Origin: a virus
DNA: 64,000 nt
Strand: one strand, 5' to 3'
Virus record (IMG/VR): IMGVR_UViG_3300009285_002342
Coordinates: 1-64,000 of that record
In this document: in pieces, positions 1 through 8,794 of the stretch
Position numbering within the stretch: position 1 is the first letter of the stretch
Layout of the letters: each line of letters starts with the position of its first letter
Position numbers and translations under genes: made by a program
Notes under the pieces: generated by a model
What the model was told of the DNA's origin: nothing
Database searches by the model: none
The model's input: only the letters and a program-made list of their open reading frames with translations

Positions 1-131
1 GTCTATGCCTATATAGCCGGTCAGGAATTTAATACCCCCTAATATAGTTTATGAATCTCGTATAGTTTATGAATACCGTTTAGTTTGGCTTGCCTAACTT
101 TATTTTCTGAATGCTATATAGTTACCGAACG

Positions 132-272
132 AAAAATAGTTTATAAATAAAATTTAACTACTAAATGAAAAAAGGTTTATGAATACCGTTTAGTTTATAT
201 GCAAAAAATAGTTTATAAATAAAATTTAACTACTAAATGAAAAAAGGTTTATGAATACCGTTTAGTTTATAT
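132..272. repeat. Tandem direct repeat, 69 bp unit with 72 bp period, within an AT-rich repeat tract (about 45-310)
   Basis: 132-200 and 204-272 are identical; TAGTTTAT(G/A)AAT sub-units recur from about 45 to 310. Confidence 0.9.
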
Positions 273-576
273 AGATTAACTTTATTTTCTGAATCTGATT
301 TAGTTTTCCGAAAGTCAGCCTGGATACGAAAGCAGCGACCGCCGGAATAAATAGCCAAAAACTCAGCGGAATAAATCACCGGAACTATCGACCTGGATAC
401 GACGGATAAAGCCTATCTAGATCTACCGAAATATCCGGCCTGTTTAAACGACTAAATCCTGATTTTAAAGACGAAAAAGCCAAAAGAAACTCGAATTCCC
501 CGCTTATAAATTAAAAACAAGCAACCTAATAAAATATTGAAATTAAAGAATTAAAAGAAAAACAAGCAAGTAAAGT

Positions 577-655
577 GCGATTTAAGACGTGGTTAAAAAT
601 CGCCTATAGGATAGGGTTAATCATGGTTAGATCGTTTAACCTAATCGATTTTACG
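577..655 (+). repeat. Degenerate copy of the dispersed ~90 bp TIR element
   Basis: Contains TTTAAGACG...TAGATCGTTTAACCTAA.CGATT.TACG, shared with the other copies. Confidence 0.6.
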
Positions 656-878
656 GATAGGGCCGGAAAGCCTTATCCAGTAAGGATTTACGGAGCTTTC
701 CGAGTCGATAAATCGAATTCATTAAATAAATTCAAATTATTTTAGCGGCTTATAGATAAAGGCTTGTTTTTGTTATAGATATTTAAAGGGTCAATTTTAT
801 CCAATAAAATCACATAACTATAAACGCTTTAATTGTTTGATTTCATTAGCTTTTATTGCCTTGTTTTCCTTTAATCTC

Positions 879-907
879 TTGACTTGCTTTAATCCCTATA
901 TTATAAA
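879..907 (+). promoter_or_regulatory. Possible sigma70-type early promoter
   Basis: TTGACT-N17-TATAAA upstream of the first + strand gene. Confidence 0.4.
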
Positions 908-953
908 GGTATCGAAAATTGAATTTAACCACTTTCGGAAAGGGGAATTAATC

Positions 954-1133
954 ATGAATAAAAGATTTATCCTAATCGACCTGAATTCGGGATTGTTTTA
1001 CGACGGAGACGGAGACGGATTTTCCGCCTTTACCCCGTCGGGCGCGGCGAAACTGGATAGATACGATATCGTCGGAATTTTATCCGATAACCTTCGAAGC
1101 GGAAAAATCCGAGAAATCGAGGTATCGGAATAA
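954..1133 (+). CDS. Hypothetical early protein
   Basis: ATG at 954 after an AAGGGG RBS; the track's upstream extension is probably spurious. Confidence 0.7.
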   Translation: MNKRFILIDLNSGLFYDGDGDGFSAFTPSGAAKLDRYDIVGILSDNLRSGKIREIEVSE

Positions 1134-1134
1134 A

Positions 1135-1202
1135 CCCGAAATCCGGCTAACGACCGGATCTATCCGTAAACTGGATATCGGATACCGAAGAGGGGAATCC
1201 AG
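1135..1202 (+). ncRNA. Type II hammerhead ribozyme (U4C core variant)
   Basis: CCC-GAAA-[TCCGG/CCGGA]-TC-[TATCCG/CGGATA]-CCGAAGA-GGG; loop I CTGGAT pairs with 3' tail ATCCAG (pseudoknot); predicted cut after C1160. Confidence 0.8.
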
Positions 1203-1232
1203 AAAAACCACTAAGAGGGAAGGAATAAAACC

Positions 1233-1694
1233 ATGGCTAAAAAAGACAAGAAACAGGTCGTTATCGAAACCCCGGCCGCCGAAGTAAACAAAAAGCGGCC
1301 GACTTTCCGGACCGACACCGAAATCCTCGCTGCTATCCAGGAAAAGGCGGATGCTTCCTACCTGATTCAAAAACTCGGAATCACGCGCGGAACGTTAGCC
1401 GCGCGAATCGGCGCTATCCAGGCGAGAGAAAAACGATTCATCGAAGTCGCCGGTCTGTATGACTCGGAAACCCCTTCGGGCGCCGGCAAGGGCGCGTACA
1501 AAAAGAATCCGACGGTCATCCGTACGGGATACCTTTCGCTTTCACCGGCCTGGACCGAATCCTTACGAGAATCAGGAAAGATGAACGTCGGCGACGAGTA
1601 CAGCGTCACCTTTTCCGACGACGGGAGCGAAATCACCCTTCGGAGGGTAAAGTCCGGAAAGACCGAAACCCCGGCCGAAGTCCCGACGGCCTAA
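1233..1694 (+). CDS. Putative DNA-binding protein with AbrB-like C-terminal domain
   Basis: RBS present; C-terminal LSLSPAW...MNVGDEYSVTFSDDGSEITLRR resembles an AbrB swapped hairpin. Confidence 0.55.
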   Translation: MAKKDKKQVVIETPAAEVNKKRPTFRTDTEILAAIQEKADASYLIQKLGITRGTLAARIGAIQAREKRFIEVAGLYDSETPSGAGKGAYKKNPTVIRTGYLSLSPAWTESLRESGKMNVGDEYSVTFSDDGSEITLRRVKSGKTETPAEVPTA

Positions 1695-1806
1695 TCCGGT
1701 AAGGAAAGCAAAGGGGAAACCGGGTTTAGGCTCTGTTTCCTCTTTACTGTTTTTACTGGATATTTTAACCAGACAAACGATTAAAGAAAAGAAAGGAAAG
1801 CAAGCC

Positions 1807-2019
1807 ATGGTTAGAAAAAGAGACAAAGTCGCGGCCCTCCTGATTCAGAAAGGTTTCGAAGAGATTCAATCGAATAGCCGGAAATATCGTCGCTTTACCT
1901 CTAATCGTCCGGATCATTTTTTCTTTCTCGGAAAAGCCGCCGGACTTCGGTACGGTCGGAATGTATCCACTTCTCGGTCGGTCGAAACAATCAAATTTCT
2001 CGGAATAGACCTTATCTAA
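1807..2019 (+). CDS. Hypothetical basic protein
   Basis: ORF with AAAGGA RBS. Confidence 0.7.
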   Translation: MVRKRDKVAALLIQKGFEEIQSNSRKYRRFTSNRPDHFFFLGKAAGLRYGRNVSTSRSVETIKFLGIDLI

Positions 2020-2120
2020 TTTTTAGATCCATAAGCAGTTTCGAAACCCCTTAGATTTAGTTCTAAGGAGTTTCTGACTATCTGGATTAAACAACTCAAA
2101 AAAAGAAAGGAAATAAAGGC

Positions 2121-2339
2121 GTGTCTGGATACCGGATTATAACCAAGTCAGAAGCTTTAAGACTTCTCGAAAAGGAAAGGGAAAGATATTCAGGAAACAA
2201 CTTTTCTCTTCCGAAGGAAAACAATCCGATTACCCTTTATACAGGAGCGAAGCTTTTCGCCCGGAAAATCGGCTCCGTAATCAGGTACGGGGTTTATGGA
2301 TACGCTTACGACGGAAAAGATATTTCCGACCTCTTCTAG
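2121..2339 (+). CDS. Hypothetical protein
   Basis: GTG start, AAAGGA RBS. Confidence 0.65.
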   Translation: MSGYRIITKSEALRLLEKERERYSGNNFSLPKENNPITLYTGAKLFARKIGSVIRYGVYGYAYDGKDISDLF

Positions 2340-2410
2340 AATTAGATCCATCTGGTTTTCGAAACCCGGTAAATTTCGGTTTACCGGGTTTCTCTATTTA
2401 GAGAGAAACC

Positions 2411-2812
2411 TTGAAAAATAAACGATATTTAGTAGATAAACGAAATTTAGTGAATAAAAAATATTCGCCGAATTTCGCCTATTTATTAGATAAATCATAT
2501 TCAGTAAATCTTGGGAATTCAGAAAATAAATCGTATTTAGTAAATATTAGATATTTAATAGCCGAACAAAATTCAGCAAATAAATCGTATTTAGTAAATA
2601 TTAGAAATTCAGAAAATAAATCGTATTTAGTAAATAATGAAGATTTAGAAAATAAACGATATTTAGTAAATACGATTTATTCGGGGTAGAGTAGGGTGGG
2701 AGCCAGATGGACTTTGAAAAAATTCCCGATAAAAAGCCTGCTCGTACTGCGAACTTTTGAGATTTAGATTCAAATCGTACTGCAAACTTTTCGATTTTCA
2801 AATTCAAAAAGG
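2411..2812. repeat. AT-rich iteron-like array, G-rich tract and paired 15 bp motifs (module copy 1)
   Basis: Repeated AAATAAATCGTATTTAGTAAAT-like units, then GGGGTAGAGTAGGGTGG, then a ~71 bp block (about 2739-2809) nearly identical to 9646-9716. Confidence 0.85.
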
Positions 2813-2822
2813 AGGGAAGGGA

Positions 2823-3005
2823 ATGAAAATGAATTACGAAGTAAGATCCAACGATATTGAAAATTTAAAAAAATATGGATCGCTTCTTTACAAAAGTTTC
2901 AATAGCTTCTTTAAGGCTGAAAAATATTTATTGAATACAATAAAATCCGATGATTCCGCTTATATCTATGACAACAGAAATCAAAAGGTATTGGAGATAA
3001 AATAA
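2823..3005 (+). CDS. Hypothetical protein
   Basis: ATG at 2823 after GGAGGGAAGG. Confidence 0.65.
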   Translation: MKMNYEVRSNDIENLKKYGSLLYKSFNSFFKAEKYLLNTIKSDDSAYIYDNRNQKVLEIK

Positions 3006-3133
3006 TGAATGAATTAATTTCGGCATGGATAAATAGCCCTTCGCTTTGGGCGCAAATCGTCGTAGCTTCGCCGATTATCGTCTGTTTAGGGATTTTGCTA
3101 ATCGGATTATTCCGAATAGCATTCAGAAAATAA
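3005..3133 (+). CDS. Small single-pass membrane protein (42 aa)
   Basis: TAATG coupling; MNELISAWINSPSLWAQIVVASPIIVCLGILLIGLFRIAFRK is hydrophobic. Confidence 0.55.
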   Translation: MNELISAWINSPSLWAQIVVASPIIVCLGILLIGLFRIAFRK

Positions 3134-3210
3134 ATATCGTTTATGCTTGTTTTTCTTGAATTTTTTGATTAAAATTAAAACAAGTAAAAATTTAAACAGG
3201 GAGGAAAAAC

Positions 3211-3582
3211 ATGAAAAGTTATGTAGAATTTGAAAAAGGTTTTTCAGAGTCAGAGTTTCCAGTTCCTCCATATTTTAACACGGAATCAGAAAAACTTGTC
3301 AAAATTGTCTTTAAAAATCATGCCGTAATTTTAGATAATCCCTCTTCTTTCACAATTCAAAAGGAATCCCCTTCTCCTGAAACCGTTATCAATTATCTTC
3401 TGAATATCCGGAAAGTTACGGAAATCATCCCGAATAAACCGAAAAAGTGGCAAAAGACTTGGAGAAAATTCACCCGTGGAATCCCTATTCCGGGATACTT
3501 TTGGGTCAATATAAAAACCGGCTTATGCAAAAGTGGGCTGGAATTAAGTTATTCTTCAAGAATTGATTTCTTCAACGATTAA
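3211..3582 (+). CDS. Hypothetical protein
   Basis: GGAGG RBS. Confidence 0.75.
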   Translation: MKSYVEFEKGFSESEFPVPPYFNTESEKLVKIVFKNHAVILDNPSSFTIQKESPSPETVINYLLNIRKVTEIIPNKPKKWQKTWRKFTRGIPIPGYFWVNIKTGLCKSGLELSYSSRIDFFND

Positions 3583-3640
3583 ATACTTTGTATATCCCAT
3601 AAGTTAAAAATAGAGACTTACGGGATATACAAAGTGTTTA
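3580..3640 (+). other. Long intergenic stem-loop, RNase III site-like
   Basis: TAAATACTTTGTATATCCC...GGGATATACAAAGTGTTTA forms a near-perfect 19 bp stem, extendable. Confidence 0.6.
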
Positions 3641-3668
3641 ATTATCAACTACCATAAAGGAGGAAAAC

Positions 3669-3848
3669 ATGAAAACTAAAACCTATGTCTTTACGGAGAT
3701 TGAAGTATTCGCTATTCGAGATGCCTTAGTCGAAAAGTTTCATATGGACAAGGCAACTTCCCCAAATAGTCCTATTTTCATCGAAATGAAGAAAGCGACT
3801 GAAGCGTTGAAGGATCAATTCATAGACGATGCAAGAAATTGGAGGTAA
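3669..3848 (+). CDS. Hypothetical protein (59 aa, below track cutoff)
   Basis: AAGGAGG RBS; MKTKTYVFTEIEVFAIRDALV... Confidence 0.7.
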   Translation: MKTKTYVFTEIEVFAIRDALVEKFHMDKATSPNSPIFIEMKKATEALKDQFIDDARNWR

Positions 3849-3850
3849 AA

Positions 3851-4480
3851 ATGGCAAACATTCCTAAATGGACCGGGCAACTTCGCTATCCGAAAGGTAG
3901 CAATCGCCCAACGAAAAAAACGAAAACTCAAAAGGTAGAAGTTTGCGATTGCCCGCCTAAGTCCATTGAAATAGTAAGATGGACAGACGGGGAAGTAATC
4001 GCGGAAGGGGTTTCCGTTAAAGCGGCTGCCGAAAGGAAACGTAACCTTAACGGAGCAGACCTTTCGGGGACTGACTTGGATGGGGCAAATCTAAGGCAAG
4101 CCAAACTTCGAAACGCATATTTAGGAAACGTATTCGCTCCCAATATCGATTTGAGGAATTCCGATTTGAGAAATATGGATGCGAAGGGTGCGGATTTCTC
4201 AGGTGCAGATTTCGAGGGAGCAAATGCTTCCAATGCTTCTTTTAAAGAAGCGAAGCTGGAAAAAACCGATTTCCGAAATTCAAATCTTGAAAATGCGGAT
4301 TTCAGGGAATCAATTTTAACCGGGGCGAATTTCGCGGCCGCCAATATCCGTAAAGCAGACTTTCGTGGTGCGAAGGATGCTGAATTATCGGGAAGCTATG
4401 GTAAACCTTTATCCGATGATATACCGGAAGGGTTTTTTGATTCACTTTTATCGGCATTCGCAAGGAGGGAAGATGTTTAG
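3851..4480 (+). CDS. Pentapeptide repeat protein
   Basis: About 20 tandem A(D/N)(L/F)xx repeats; GGAGG RBS before ATG 3851. Confidence 0.9.
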   Translation: MANIPKWTGQLRYPKGSNRPTKKTKTQKVEVCDCPPKSIEIVRWTDGEVIAEGVSVKAAAERKRNLNGADLSGTDLDGANLRQAKLRNAYLGNVFAPNIDLRNSDLRNMDAKGADFSGADFEGANASNASFKEAKLEKTDFRNSNLENADFRESILTGANFAAANIRKADFRGAKDAELSGSYGKPLSDDIPEGFFDSLLSAFARREDV

Positions 4481-4619
4481 ACTTTCGATGAAAAGAGGAA
4501 GTCGAATAGTTGAAATCGGATTTTTCAGAAGGAAGGCAAGAGCCCTTCAGATATCTGTTCTTTTAGAATGGAATCATTCTTGGAAACCGATTATAGAAAA
4601 GATTTAAAGGAGAAACGGA

Positions 4620-4841
4620 ATGAAAAAGACATTACAACAAAAGGCGAACGCTTTAGCACGTTCAAAAGGTTACGGTATAGCAACCGAAATCGTCTTGATT
4701 GACGAAACAGAGCCAAAAATCATCCGGCATATCAAATACGGATATCGGAAAAATACGACGGACGAATATGTACCGAACGCATACCGTCAGAACTTCGGAT
4801 GGAAAAACACTTATTATCAGCCAGCAGTGACCGTCGTCTGA
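4620..4841 (+). CDS. Hypothetical protein
   Basis: AAGGAG RBS. Confidence 0.7.
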   Translation: MKKTLQQKANALARSKGYGIATEIVLIDETEPKIIRHIKYGYRKNTTDEYVPNAYRQNFGWKNTYYQPAVTVV

Positions 4842-4861
4842 TGGCCGAAAGGAGATACAGA

Positions 4862-5242
4862 ATGAAAGACTATTTATTCATAGCCCCGGACGGAGATCTT
4901 TTCGATACCAGGAAAAAGAATTGGTCAAAAAAACCTTTACGGCCGAAATTCCGATATTCTTTTTCCAATATTCGCAACGTCAATCAGTTAAAATCTACCT
5001 TACGCAATGGCGAATTCGCCTGGCCGGGTGGATATCCCATGTTTTTTCATACGTCGGATGGTGCAGCACTTCATTTCGATTGCGTACGGGAGAACCTTCG
5101 AAAGGTTATTGATTCCGTCGCGAAGAAAGATAACGACGGATGGAGAGTCGTTGGAATCGAAATCAACTATGAATCGGAACTTTATTGCGATCATTGCGGC
5201 AATCCGATCGAATCAGCATACGGAGAGGAAAAAGAAGAATGA
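4862..5242 (+). CDS. Hypothetical phage protein (WPGGYP motif, Cys pair)
   Basis: AAGGAG RBS; FAWPGGYPMFF...LYCDHCG. Confidence 0.75.
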   Translation: MKDYLFIAPDGDLFDTRKKNWSKKPLRPKFRYSFSNIRNVNQLKSTLRNGEFAWPGGYPMFFHTSDGAALHFDCVRENLRKVIDSVAKKDNDGWRVVGIEINYESELYCDHCGNPIESAYGEEKEE

Positions 5243-5546
5243 AAAAAAATCATATCATATATCAAGAGGCAAAAGGGGAAATATCCGACATTTCCATAGG
5301 TTTTAATCCATATTGTAATTCCTGTAAAGAGCGTTTCGGATTTAGAAACACTTTCGCTGCTTTACAGGCAATTGAAACGTGGCAAAATGGACACGAACTT
5401 ATTCCAATTTCTACCTGGGAGGAATGCGATTGCTGCGGAAAAACACCTCAAGGACAAAAGCAACAACTCTATATCGCACACGGCGTAGATGAAAACGACG
5501 ATTTAGTCTGTTTTTTCTGTGCGAGAAATGTAAAAATAAAATATAA
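5239..5546 (+). pseudogene. Cys-rich protein with probable frameshift in a T-run near 5510-5517
   Basis: CxxC pairs; a final CEKC and a TAA at 5544-5546 lie in another frame, just before the ribozyme. Confidence 0.5.
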
Positions 5547-5549
5547 TCA

Positions 5550-5623
5550 TGCCGAAATACGGGATATTCGCTATCCCGTATCTGACCGGAAGTGGTGCTT
5601 TCGGCGCTGAATGAGGCAAACCA
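5550..5623 (+). ncRNA. Type II hammerhead ribozyme (CUGAAUGA one-nt insertion variant)
   Basis: TGCC-GAAA-[TACGGGATA/TATCCCGTA]-TC-[stem I, loop TGGTG]-CTGAATGA-GGCA; tail ACCA pairs with loop TGGT; predicted cut after C5582. Confidence 0.8.
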
Positions 5624-5636
5624 TAAAGGAGAAACT

Positions 5637-5844
5637 ATGAGAACTATAATTACCAGACCAAATAAATACGGATTTTATGACGAAGTTGGAATGAATAACT
5701 GTTTTTTTGACTTCGGATTATAAAACGGAAAGCGGCCTGATCAAATACGGAATCCCGAAATATTTCCGAGGTAAATTGCGAATCGAAATCTATACGAGTC
5801 TTCATATGTCTAAACCGGCGAAAACTCTTTACGTCGAAAGGTAA
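5637..5844 (+). pseudogene. Small protein interrupted by a frameshift at a T7 run (5702-5708)
   Basis: AAAGGAG RBS; removing one T gives a continuous 68 aa ORF ending just before the radical SAM start. Confidence 0.55.
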
Positions 5845-5850
5845 AAACTC

Positions 5851-6609
5851 ATGTATCTTCAAATAACGACTAAATGCAACTTCCGCTGTGCGCACTGCTG
5901 TTATTCGTGTAGTATGCGCGGTAAACATGGAGAGTTTCACGTTATTTCCGAAGCTATTAATTTTGCATCAAAATACGATGACGCAACAATTTCAATAGGT
6001 GGAGGAGAGCCGACTTTACATCCGCAATTTTTCGATATTCTTCGGAAATGCCTAGATAATTTTGATTATGTATGGATGGCCACTAACGGCAGTCAAACTG
6101 AAACAATGTACCGTCTCAGGGACATTCTGGATGAAAATGATTACCCTCTGATAGATACTGCCTGCAAATGTACTGAAGAAGAAATCGAAAATGGTGAATG
6201 TACCTGTTACGATTACGATAACTCTATTTACCAAGAAAAAAAGCTCTCCGTTGCTTTATCTCAAGATTACTTCCACGATGAAATAAACCAGAAAATAGTT
6301 GACTTATGGACAACTAGAGCAAAAAATCGGCAATCCGGTTTCGAAATCCGCAACGTCACACAATCCTATTCCGGTGTAGCCACCGAAGGAAGGGCGAAGA
6401 AAACTGGAAGTGGATGGTCGGATCACTGTGTCTGTAACGATATCATAATTAAACCAGACGGCAAACTGAAGCTTTGCGGATGTGCGAAATCACCGGTTAT
6501 AGGCGATATCTGGAATGGAATAGACGAAAAGTGGGAAAAACGTATGCAAGATAAAAGATATACTGATGAACGATGTTATAAATCATTAAGAAAAGGAGGA
6601 AAGAAATGA
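5851..6609 (+). CDS. Radical SAM protein with C-terminal Cys (SPASM/Twitch-like) region
   Basis: CNFRCAHC (CxxxCxxC), GGGEP and TNG motifs; C-terminal C...IKPDG.LKLC. Confidence 0.9.
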   Translation: MYLQITTKCNFRCAHCCYSCSMRGKHGEFHVISEAINFASKYDDATISIGGGEPTLHPQFFDILRKCLDNFDYVWMATNGSQTETMYRLRDILDENDYPLIDTACKCTEEEIENGECTCYDYDNSIYQEKKLSVALSQDYFHDEINQKIVDLWTTRAKNRQSGFEIRNVTQSYSGVATEGRAKKTGSGWSDHCVCNDIIIKPDGKLKLCGCAKSPVIGDIWNGIDEKWEKRMQDKRYTDERCYKSLRKGGKK

Positions 6610-7076
6610 CAAATTTCGCAGGTTTTAAATATCCAACGACGATTTATGAACTTCCTAAACCCTTAGGGGCTTCGGGTATTCGAAAGAAAAGAGAAATCAG
6701 AAAACATTGCGGGCCTTATACAATGGAAAAACCATTACCATTACAGGAAAAACATGAAGGAGGTATGTTTTATTTAAACGACGTTTTCCAGCCCGGAAGG
6801 TACTGGAAGTACGCCGATGAAATTAATCGTCGAATTGAGCATAAAGGCTGGTTTATAGACGATTTCTGTGATGAAACTATGAAGGGAATCGTGATATACC
6901 TTCCGCACGGTAAATTTCTCGCAGGTTGGACGATGGGCGAAGGAATGATTTCGTACTATTCCGGTGATATCTATTGTGACGAAGAAGAGGCGGCTTGGGC
7001 AGCTAATGAAGAAGCAAGAATGGCAGCCGAAAAAGAACAAGTGTATAGAGAAAAGGAGGAAAGAAATGAACTATGA
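6606..7076 (+). CDS. Hypothetical protein
   Basis: ATGA overlap, AGGAGG RBS. Confidence 0.75.
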   Translation: MTNFAGFKYPTTIYELPKPLGASGIRKKREIRKHCGPYTMEKPLPLQEKHEGGMFYLNDVFQPGRYWKYADEINRRIEHKGWFIDDFCDETMKGIVIYLPHGKFLAGWTMGEGMISYYSGDIYCDEEEAAWAANEEARMAAEKEQVYREKEERNEL

Positions 7077-7707
7077 CGAAAAAACAGGAATTTTTTACGG
7101 TGTGATTTCACAGCATTCACTCAATCCAGATGCAGCCAACGATATCTTCATGGACGGGACTGACGTTAATTATGAAACAATGAAGGAGGAACTGAAAGAC
7201 TCTTTCGAGCAAGCCTTTGAACTATGGTGCGAGGATAACGATATTGATTCTAGCGATTCCAGAATTAGTTCGGCGCTAGACGATATGAAAGATGCGATTG
7301 AAGAAGTGGCCGGGGAATCATACGAAAGCGATTCTTCGAATATGGAGTATGAAAGTGATGGTTATCATATCATCACCGCACTGGATTCCGATTTAATGGT
7401 CCTAAAATCACCTTTCGTTACTTTCGCACCGCCCTGCTCGCCATGTGTCCCGGCCGCCGGAAACCTGGACGATATGGCTAGGTTATGGAAAGAATCGGAA
7501 TTCTATAAAAGCGCAATGGTTACCGGAGTAACGGCAAAAACCTTGAATTCCGGAATTTCTCCGTTTTACGGCGATTATAACATCCGGGTTACCTACTGCT
7601 TAGGCCCGGACTATTTTAACGATGAAAAAGCACCTTATCCGGTATGTCGAATCAATGATGAAGGCAATCTTTTGGAATGGACTTTTCCCGAAAGGAGAAT
7701 GCTATGA
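7066..7707 (+). CDS. Acidic hypothetical protein (CSPCVP motif)
   Basis: AGGAGG RBS before MNYDEKTG. Confidence 0.75.
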   Translation: MNYDEKTGIFYGVISQHSLNPDAANDIFMDGTDVNYETMKEELKDSFEQAFELWCEDNDIDSSDSRISSALDDMKDAIEEVAGESYESDSSNMEYESDGYHIITALDSDLMVLKSPFVTFAPPCSPCVPAAGNLDDMARLWKESEFYKSAMVTGVTAKTLNSGISPFYGDYNIRVTYCLGPDYFNDEKAPYPVCRINDEGNLLEWTFPERRML

Positions 7708-7988
7708 TGACAATTTCAGACATGAATCCGACTGTGCATTTTAGCGGATCGTTAAATTCAGGCAACATCCAAGGGTTGTTTGTGGCAATCCACGAAACAA
7801 CAGGCCTTCACTTTGGATACATGCCCAGGGAAATAGTCGGTACACAATTTATTTCCGCGATATTGACGTTGTGCGGAAAAAAGAAATTGAGCAAAATCCA
7901 TCGGCAAGTTGTCGATGCCGCTATCAGGGCGTGGGCAATCGGAATCGGATTAGGCAATCCTCGTATATCCTGGCCAAATTGTTATTAA
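7704..7988 (+). CDS. Hypothetical protein
   Basis: Coupled ORF with AAGGAG RBS. Confidence 0.65.
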   Translation: MMTISDMNPTVHFSGSLNSGNIQGLFVAIHETTGLHFGYMPREIVGTQFISAILTLCGKKKLSKIHRQVVDAAIRAWAIGIGLGNPRISWPNCY

Positions 7989-8113
7989 TCACAAACCACT
8001 CCGGAGAATGGCGGTAACTACCGTGCCCCCGGCGGAAATCCGGGGCAAACAGGAAAGCGTCTCAGGCTTAGAAGCTGGCAAGAGACGATAAAAACAGAAA
8101 AAGGAGAGGGAAA

Positions 8114-8563
8114 ATGAGCCATAGCAAATATCTAAAGTGCGTTTTTCAGCCGAAAGAAATGAAAAAAACCGTAAACAAGGTTGCGAAAAAAATAACAGAA
8201 TTAAAAGAATGCGGAATGAAAATTGAAGCAGTAGCCTTTTCCGGTAATTCCGGTGCAGGAATCGCATATCCACTTTCCTTTAAAACCGGAATTCCGTTAA
8301 TCTGTGTAAGAAAAGGTGAAAGATCTCACGGATATGAAGTGGAATCCGCTAATGCAAAAATCAACAGTTATATAATCGTTGACGACTGTGTAGCTTCTGG
8401 AAATACCGTTAAAAGGATTTTAGAAGATATAAAATATTGGGTTGATGAAAAAATAAAGTGTGTTGGAATCATCCTTTACGACAACAATGACTGTGAGGAT
8501 ATTAGATATACAAATCCTAACAATATCCCAATTTTCCGGATTCCAACAGGAGGAGAAAAATGA
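8114..8563 (+). CDS. Type I phosphoribosyltransferase family protein
   Basis: PRPP-binding motif YIIVDDCVASGNT; GIPLICVRK. Confidence 0.85.
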   Translation: MSHSKYLKCVFQPKEMKKTVNKVAKKITELKECGMKIEAVAFSGNSGAGIAYPLSFKTGIPLICVRKGERSHGYEVESANAKINSYIIVDDCVASGNTVKRILEDIKYWVDEKIKCVGIILYDNNDCEDIRYTNPNNIPIFRIPTGGEK

Positions 8564-8781
8564 TAAAAATTGGAGATAAAGTGGGAATGAGTCACAAGTG
8601 GTTAAGATCCGTCGGCTGTTTAACTGACGATATTCCCAGGGCAATCGGTATCGTTAAAGTGATAAAGATTTATAGCCCTTCGCTTTCTGTCGCAGAAGTG
8701 GAACGGGATAGCCAAGAAGCGGCCAAAAAGGTAAATGTCAAGAACCTGGCAAAAGTTGGAACTGTTGATTACATCGATTGA
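8560..8781 (+). CDS. Hypothetical SH3/KOW-like protein
   Basis: IKIGDKV start; ATGA overlap. Confidence 0.65.
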   Translation: MIKIGDKVGMSHKWLRSVGCLTDDIPRAIGIVKVIKIYSPSLSVAEVERDSQEAAKKVNVKNLAKVGTVDYID

Positions 8782-8794
8782 AAAGGAGGAAAAA

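Noticed and set aside
2026-2392. GAAAC-containing stems as further hammerheads
   Set aside because: No CUGANGA-like core or three-way junction could be built
45-2690. AT-rich repeats (45-310, 2411-2690) as CRISPR arrays
   Set aside because: Units are degenerate and abut each other without unique spacers of regular length; no cas genes
2411-2807. Track ORFs 2411-2689 (+) and 2601-2807 (-)
   Set aside because: Translations of the repeat module, with no RBS
3928-4344. Antisense ORF over the pentapeptide gene, and the many other short opposite-strand ORFs
   Set aside because: Shadow frames of well-supported genes
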